64,000 nt of DNA from the NCBI GenBank assembly GCA_965223795.1, contig CBDCXL010000002.1:1-64000 (forward strand), given 5' to 3'. This document shows positions 59,346-64,000 of this stretch, one piece after another (the first letter of the stretch is position 1; each line of letters opens with the position of its first letter). The stretch is from Nitrospinales bacterium (GTDB lineage: Bacteria > Nitrospinota > Nitrospinia > Nitrospinales > VA-1). The notes under the pieces were generated by a model. That model was not told the DNA's origin, searched no databases, and saw only the letters and a list, made by a program, of their open reading frames with translations. The position numbers and the translations under genes were made by a program.

Positions 59346-60647
59346 TCATCCGGCCTCCAGTTCCCGGAACAGCCCGGCTTCCGAGCGTTTGAACAATCCG
59401 ATGGTGGCGAAAAAACTGCCCAGCACGCTGGCCGACAATCCGGGGATCACGCCGAGGACGAACGCCTCGACGCTCATGCGGCCGCGCGCCACGTCGCTCA
59501 GCATCAGGCCCGTCTGGGCAAAGGCATCGCCCATGTCGATACCCACTTCCTGCAGGTAGTACACGATGCCACCGCCGAGAATGCAGCCGGCGATGGAACC
59601 GAGAATGCCGATCATCAGCGCTTCGAGTCCCAGCATCGCCACCAGCTTCCAGTGGGTCTGCCCCATCGCCAGCCACAGCCCCAGTTCGCCGTAACGGTGG
59701 ATGACGTTGAGCACGCCGGCGTTCCACAGAACGAGCGCCATGAGCAGGATGAAAATGCCCACCAGAATTTTTTTGATCACCTCGAACACGTTGGCGAGGC
59801 TCTGCAGATTGCGCTGATCCAATACAGACAGAACGATGGGCTCGTCGTCGTTCGCCCAGTCCTTTGGCGGGTCGGCGAGCAGCGGCGGCATGCGCGCCTC
59901 GATGTCCTGCTTCAGCCGGGCATAGTCTTTGTAGCGCACGCTGCCGGGCAGGTAGCCGAGCCAGTCGGTGACCATGTCCTCCATGTAAAAGGACTCCTGC
60001 GCGTCGGCGAGATCGATCAGCGCCATTTTCTTGTCCATCGCGAACACACCGAACTTGATGGTGCCGACGACGGTGTAATTGTCCGCGGCAAGGCCGCCGT
60101 CGAAGCTCTGGCCGAGCAGCGTGGCCTGATCGCCCGGCCGGACTTCCAGGTCCCTGGCAAGCTCGTAGCCGACCAGCATTTCCCTGGGATTTTTCGGCAG
60201 CCTTCCCTCCAGCAGCACATTTTGCAGATCCAACCGTTCTTTTTCCGGTGATTCGGGCGACAGCAGGTCCAGCGCCATGCCGGTGACGGGCGTCTGGCTG
60301 CGGGTTTCCCCCTTCTCGTCGGGGATGTCCATGATGGCGCCCCAGCGGATGCGCGGCGACCACTGGATTCTGGGATCGCTGTTCTCCTTCAGCCAGGCGC
60401 CGGTCTGCTTCTGCCCGGCCAGGGCGCGGTCCATCGGGTTTAAAAACTCCTCTTCATAAAACGGCTTGTTGACGAAACGCAGGTGGCCGGTGTCGAGGTT
60501 GGCGGTCATGTCCAGCATGTCCGCGAAATTGCCGTCGATGAAGCCGAGAAAGAACACGACGAGCGTGACGCCGACGGTGACCACGGAAAACGGGAACACG
60601 GAGCGGGTCTTGTCGCGCAGGATGCCGGTGAGAATCCAGCGGATCAC
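59346..60647 (-). CDS. FtsX/LolE-like ABC permease
   Basis: GTGA overlap; R..E.G...AMG; four TMs. Confidence 0.87.
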   Translation of the reverse strand: MIRWILTGILRDKTRSVFPFSVVTVGVTLVVFFLGFIDGNFADMLDMTANLDTGHLRFVNKPFYEEEFLNPMDRALAGQKQTGAWLKENSDPRIQWSPRIRWGAIMDIPDEKGETRSQTPVTGMALDLLSPESPEKERLDLQNVLLEGRLPKNPREMLVGYELARDLEVRPGDQATLLGQSFDGGLAADNYTVVGTIKFGVFAMDKKMALIDLADAQESFYMEDMVTDWLGYLPGSVRYKDYARLKQDIEARMPPLLADPPKDWANDDEPIVLSVLDQRNLQSLANVFEVIKKILVGIFILLMALVLWNAGVLNVIHRYGELGLWLAMGQTHWKLVAMLGLEALMIGILGSIAGCILGGGIVYYLQEVGIDMGDAFAQTGLMLSDVARGRMSVEAFVLGVIPGLSASVLGSFFATIGLFKRSEAGLFRELEAG

Positions 60648-61813
60648 GTGATCCCCCTTCCGCGCAGCGCCAGCGTCGGGTCGAGCCGGGAAATCTTGCG
60701 TACGGGCAGCCAGGAGATCACCACCATGATGGCGACGATGATCACCGCCGTCATGATCACCTGCCAGGGCACGATGTCGAGGTACACCCGCTCGCGCACG
60801 GGGATGCTGGATTCGGCCAGGTGCGACACGTCCAGCCCGACGGTCTGGAACCAGCCGAGGAACAGCGTGCCCAGAACGGCGGCGGCCAGCACGGACACGA
60901 ACGCGGACAGGCTGCCCTCCAGGGTGAACAGCCGCACGACCTGGCCCGGCGTCATGCCGAGCGCCATGAAGGTGCCGATCTCTTTCTGCCGCTTGAAGAC
61001 GTTGGAGATCTGCGAATTGAACACGCTGATGCCCGCCAGAAAAATGAGGATGGCCCAGGTGATGCGGGCGTATTTCTTGTCCTGCTCCAGGAGGTAGAGC
61101 AGGTCGAACATCAGATCCTCGACGCTGAGGTACTCGAAACCGGCGAAATCTTCTTTTTGCCCGTCCACGGCGACCCAGGTCACTTCGTCGAAACGCTGGG
61201 TCATCTGCCGCAGGTGATCGAGCCTCAGCCAGATCACGCCCTCGTCCACGCGGGCGTTGATGATGCGCGCCACATCGACGATCAGCGCGTCGCGCGCATC
61301 GACGACGCCGTTCTTGTCGCGCCATTTGAGCACGACGGTGTCGTCTTTCTTGAGGTGCGCCTTTCTCGCCATGGCGGTTCCGAGCACCACGGGAATGCGG
61401 TCGCCAATTTCATCCGGCCAGGATTCCAGCCCCGAAAGCGGCACTTCCAGAAGCTTCTGCCCTTTCTCGATGCCGCGCAACTGCACGGGATACAGCCTGC
61501 GGTTGGGAAAGATCTGCCCCTGCAGGATCAGCACTTCCGCCTTCTGGTCCGGCGGCAGCCGTTTCAGCGGCTCGGGAACCGGCAGCGTGTGGTCCTCCCA
61601 TTCGGTCGGCGTCAGCAGATCGAATCCGGGCACGCGGTAGTGGCCGCCGGCCACGTCCACGCGCACCATGTTGCGCGTCGCCTGGGCCTGAAAGCCGTTG
61701 TACATGGACACGTTGAACACCACGGTCACCATGGCGATGGCGGTCACCAGCACGTTGAGGATGGAGCGCACGCCCTGGCCGCAGAAATTTTTCCAGGCGA
61801 TCTTCAGGATCAT
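60644..61813 (-). CDS. FtsX/LolE-like ABC permease
   Basis: KIAWKN, RQKEIGTFMALG, P..ALRG. Confidence 0.87.
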   Translation of the reverse strand: MILKIAWKNFCGQGVRSILNVLVTAIAMVTVVFNVSMYNGFQAQATRNMVRVDVAGGHYRVPGFDLLTPTEWEDHTLPVPEPLKRLPPDQKAEVLILQGQIFPNRRLYPVQLRGIEKGQKLLEVPLSGLESWPDEIGDRIPVVLGTAMARKAHLKKDDTVVLKWRDKNGVVDARDALIVDVARIINARVDEGVIWLRLDHLRQMTQRFDEVTWVAVDGQKEDFAGFEYLSVEDLMFDLLYLLEQDKKYARITWAILIFLAGISVFNSQISNVFKRQKEIGTFMALGMTPGQVVRLFTLEGSLSAFVSVLAAAVLGTLFLGWFQTVGLDVSHLAESSIPVRERVYLDIVPWQVIMTAVIIVAIMVVISWLPVRKISRLDPTLALRGRGIT

Positions 61814-62517
61814 TCGAGCACTCCGTCGCCATTGCGCCGCTTGTCCCAGCGCACCCTGCCGTCTTCCAGGCCGACTTCGCGGCTGACGTATTTGGTGACC
61901 TTCTCGTCGTGGGTGGAAAAGATGAACGCGGCTCCGAGTTCCTGGTTGAGGGCGCGCATCAGCTCCAGAACCTGATAGGAATTCTCCGCGTCCAGGTTGG
62001 CCGTGGGCTCGTCCGCCAGCACCAGACGCGGTTTCTTGACCAGGGCGCGGGCGATGGCGACGCGCTGGCACTGGCCGCCGGAAAGCTCGGACGGTTTCTT
62101 CCCGGCCTGCGGCAAAAGTCCGACCTTTTCCACCAGCTCCATCACGCGCGCTTTCACCTGTGCTTCCTTTTCGCCGTTGAGCAGCAGGGGGAACAGCACG
62201 TTTTCATAGACGGTGTACACCGGCAGCAGGTTGTAGGTCTGAAACACGAAGCCGAGATGCTGCCGCCGGTATTCCGCCAGTTCCTTGCGCGACAGGTCGT
62301 TGAGAGTCAGGTCATCAAAACGGATCGTGCCGGAGGTGGGCGTGTCCAGTCCGCCGATGAGGTTGAGCAGCGTGGTCTTGCCGGAGCCGGAAGGGCCGAC
62401 GAAGGACATGAACGCGCCGGCTTCGATGCTCAAGCTGATGTCGTGCAGCGCCTCGAAGTTCTGCGCGCCGACGCGGTACACCTTGACGATCCGGTCGATG
62501 AGGATCAGTTGCGACAT
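61810..62517 (-). CDS. LolD/MacB-like ABC ATPase
   Basis: GPSGSGKT, LSGGQ, ADEPTANLD. Confidence 0.93.
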   Translation of the reverse strand: MSQLILIDRIVKVYRVGAQNFEALHDISLSIEAGAFMSFVGPSGSGKTTLLNLIGGLDTPTSGTIRFDDLTLNDLSRKELAEYRRQHLGFVFQTYNLLPVYTVYENVLFPLLLNGEKEAQVKARVMELVEKVGLLPQAGKKPSELSGGQCQRVAIARALVKKPRLVLADEPTANLDAENSYQVLELMRALNQELGAAFIFSTHDEKVTKYVSREVGLEDGRVRWDKRRNGDGVLE

Positions 62518-62539
62518 GAACGTGGAAACGAATGGAGTT

Positions 62540-63727
62540 TCAGAAATAGGCGACCAGCGTCAGACCGATCCGCGATTCGGAGCCGTTGAACACTTCGGTC
62601 TTTCTGAACAGGCTGCCGAATTTTTCCCCGGACTGGGCTCTGCCGCCCCAGCGGCCGTCGAGATAAAGGAAAATTTCATTGGTTATAGCATACTCTATCT
62701 GCGGGGCGATCTGAAAGGTGCCGTCGCGCAGGTCGTAGAGCAGGAACACCTGCCACACGATGTCGATGCCGACGGGCTGATCGAACAACAGTCCGAGCTG
62801 ATGCAGGGTGCGTTTCAAAGTGGGGTCGGTGGGCGTGAAGTTTTTCTCCTGCGTGGTGAAAAAATATTCCAGAAGCACGTGCAGGCCGTCGCCGATGTCG
62901 AAGGTGTAGTCGGCGCCCAGCACGGTGGCGAAACGCACGGCGTCGCTGCCCTGCTTGAGCTCGACGTCGAAGCGGCTTTCATTCCAGTAGGCGATGTTCT
63001 TCTCGCCCTTGAAGTGGTAGCCGAGCTGCACCAGCTCCTTGTCGAAATCGGCCAGGTCGTCGAGATCGGTGCTGGGGTGGTACTGCGCCACGAACCCGGT
63101 TTCGATGTCCGCAATGAGCCCTTCCCAGCGCGCGCCGGCGATGACGTTCTCCCCTTGTTTGCCCGGCACCGCCCAGCCCTGAATGGACGTGGTGTCGTCG
63201 AAGAAATAATCCGCGCGCACGCCGTCCACGCCGCGCGTTTCGGGGACCACGCCGGTGACGTCGCGCGTGTCGAAAAATCCCAGCGGCCGGAAGATGGCGC
63301 CGGAGCCGAACAGGATCTTCTGCCGCCCTCCCCTCACCTTGGCCCTGTCGGTGCCGAAGCGCAGCCAGGCGCGGAAAAAATCCACGTCGGTGGAGCGGCG
63401 CAGCCCGGACTGGACGCTGGGGCCGTCGGCGAGCTTGCCGTCGGCGGACAATTCGTAGTCAAGGCTGTAGGTCTCGTTGCTCCAGGCGTTGCCGAGCACG
63501 CCCAGACGCAGTTCGGCCTCGCTGTCGAAATCCTTGTGAAAGGGCGGCGAGTCGAAGATGTAGGAGCTGCCGGCTTTCACCCGGCCTTCGAAATCCCAGT
63601 CGAAAGCCCAGGCCTGGGCGGGAATCAGAAAAAAAAGAAAGAAAGAAAGGAGGAAATACGAAACGGTCAGCTTCCGTTTAGGGTGGCTGCGAGCGTGTCT
63701 GCGATGGTTGTGCAAATGGACTTCCAA
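62540..63727 (-). CDS. Outer-membrane beta-barrel protein (true start uncertain, probably near 63670)
   Basis: Signal-like FLLSFFLFFLIPAQAWA; GRQKI.FG.G; C-terminal YF. Confidence 0.72.
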   Translation of the reverse strand: MEVHLHNHRRHARSHPKRKLTVSYFLLSFFLFFLIPAQAWAFDWDFEGRVKAGSSYIFDSPPFHKDFDSEAELRLGVLGNAWSNETYSLDYELSADGKLADGPSVQSGLRRSTDVDFFRAWLRFGTDRAKVRGGRQKILFGSGAIFRPLGFFDTRDVTGVVPETRGVDGVRADYFFDDTTSIQGWAVPGKQGENVIAGARWEGLIADIETGFVAQYHPSTDLDDLADFDKELVQLGYHFKGEKNIAYWNESRFDVELKQGSDAVRFATVLGADYTFDIGDGLHVLLEYFFTTQEKNFTPTDPTLKRTLHQLGLLFDQPVGIDIVWQVFLLYDLRDGTFQIAPQIEYAITNEIFLYLDGRWGGRAQSGEKFGSLFRKTEVFNGSESRIGLTLVAYF

Positions 63728-64000
63728 TTGTACGTTTCCAGGACCGCCTTGCGTCCGTTTTCGCCAAGCCGTTTGCGCTCCTCGGGATCGGCCATCAGCT
63801 CGGCGATGGGCTGCACCCAGTCCTGCGCGCTCTGCGAGTGGATCAGCCTGCCGCTCTCTGTGGACTGGATCAGGGCGTCCATGCCGCCCACCGCGTTGCA
63901 GACGATGGGTTTGCCGCAGGCCATGTAATCGAAAATCTTGAGCGGCGAGATGCCGGGCTTGTCGGAAAACGAGCCCAGGCAGACGTCGGCCGCATTGATA
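63667..64000 (-). CDS. GT4 glycosyltransferase, C-terminal part
   Basis: ADVCL...SPLKIFDYMACGKPIV; runs off the window. Confidence 0.85.
   Translation of the reverse strand, partial: INAADVCLGSFSDKPGISPLKIFDYMACGKPIVCNAVGGMDALIQSTESGRLIHSQSAQDWVQPIAELMADPEERKRLGENGRKAVLETYNWKSICTTIADTLAATLNGS

Overview
GC-rich bacterial chromosomal segment. The gene repertoire and style suggest a Nitrospina/Nitrospinota-like organism, but this is inference only. The backbone is housekeeping and envelope genes: a Yej/Opp-type ABC transporter, proline dehydrogenase-GT-asnB-GT, lipA, pyrG-kdsB-sugar phosphotransferase-GT, cpoB, cysE/iscS, scpA, rsmE, serB, rarA, argS, family-4 UDG and a LolA-like/FtsX/LolD export cluster. 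No rRNA, tRNA, CRISPR array, transposase or integrase was seen. The accessory region at about 2.8-11.6 kb holds a Cys4-MarR / cytochrome c'-beta / thioredoxin module, an orphan curlin, and four 29-31 aa membrane micro-ORFs absent from the ORF track, two of them paralogues sharing YVxWCLYLL. It also holds several sigma54 and sigma28 promoter motifs and a candidate sRNA. The CCATGCA repeat array upstream of that sRNA recurs about 40 kb away, in front of an orphan FabH-like gene. Other accessory items are a CutF/DUF2946-like leader heading a putative metal-uptake operon, AT-rich genes bracketed by REP-like repeats, tandem glycine-zipper lipoproteins and a RelE/ParE toxin-antitoxin pair.
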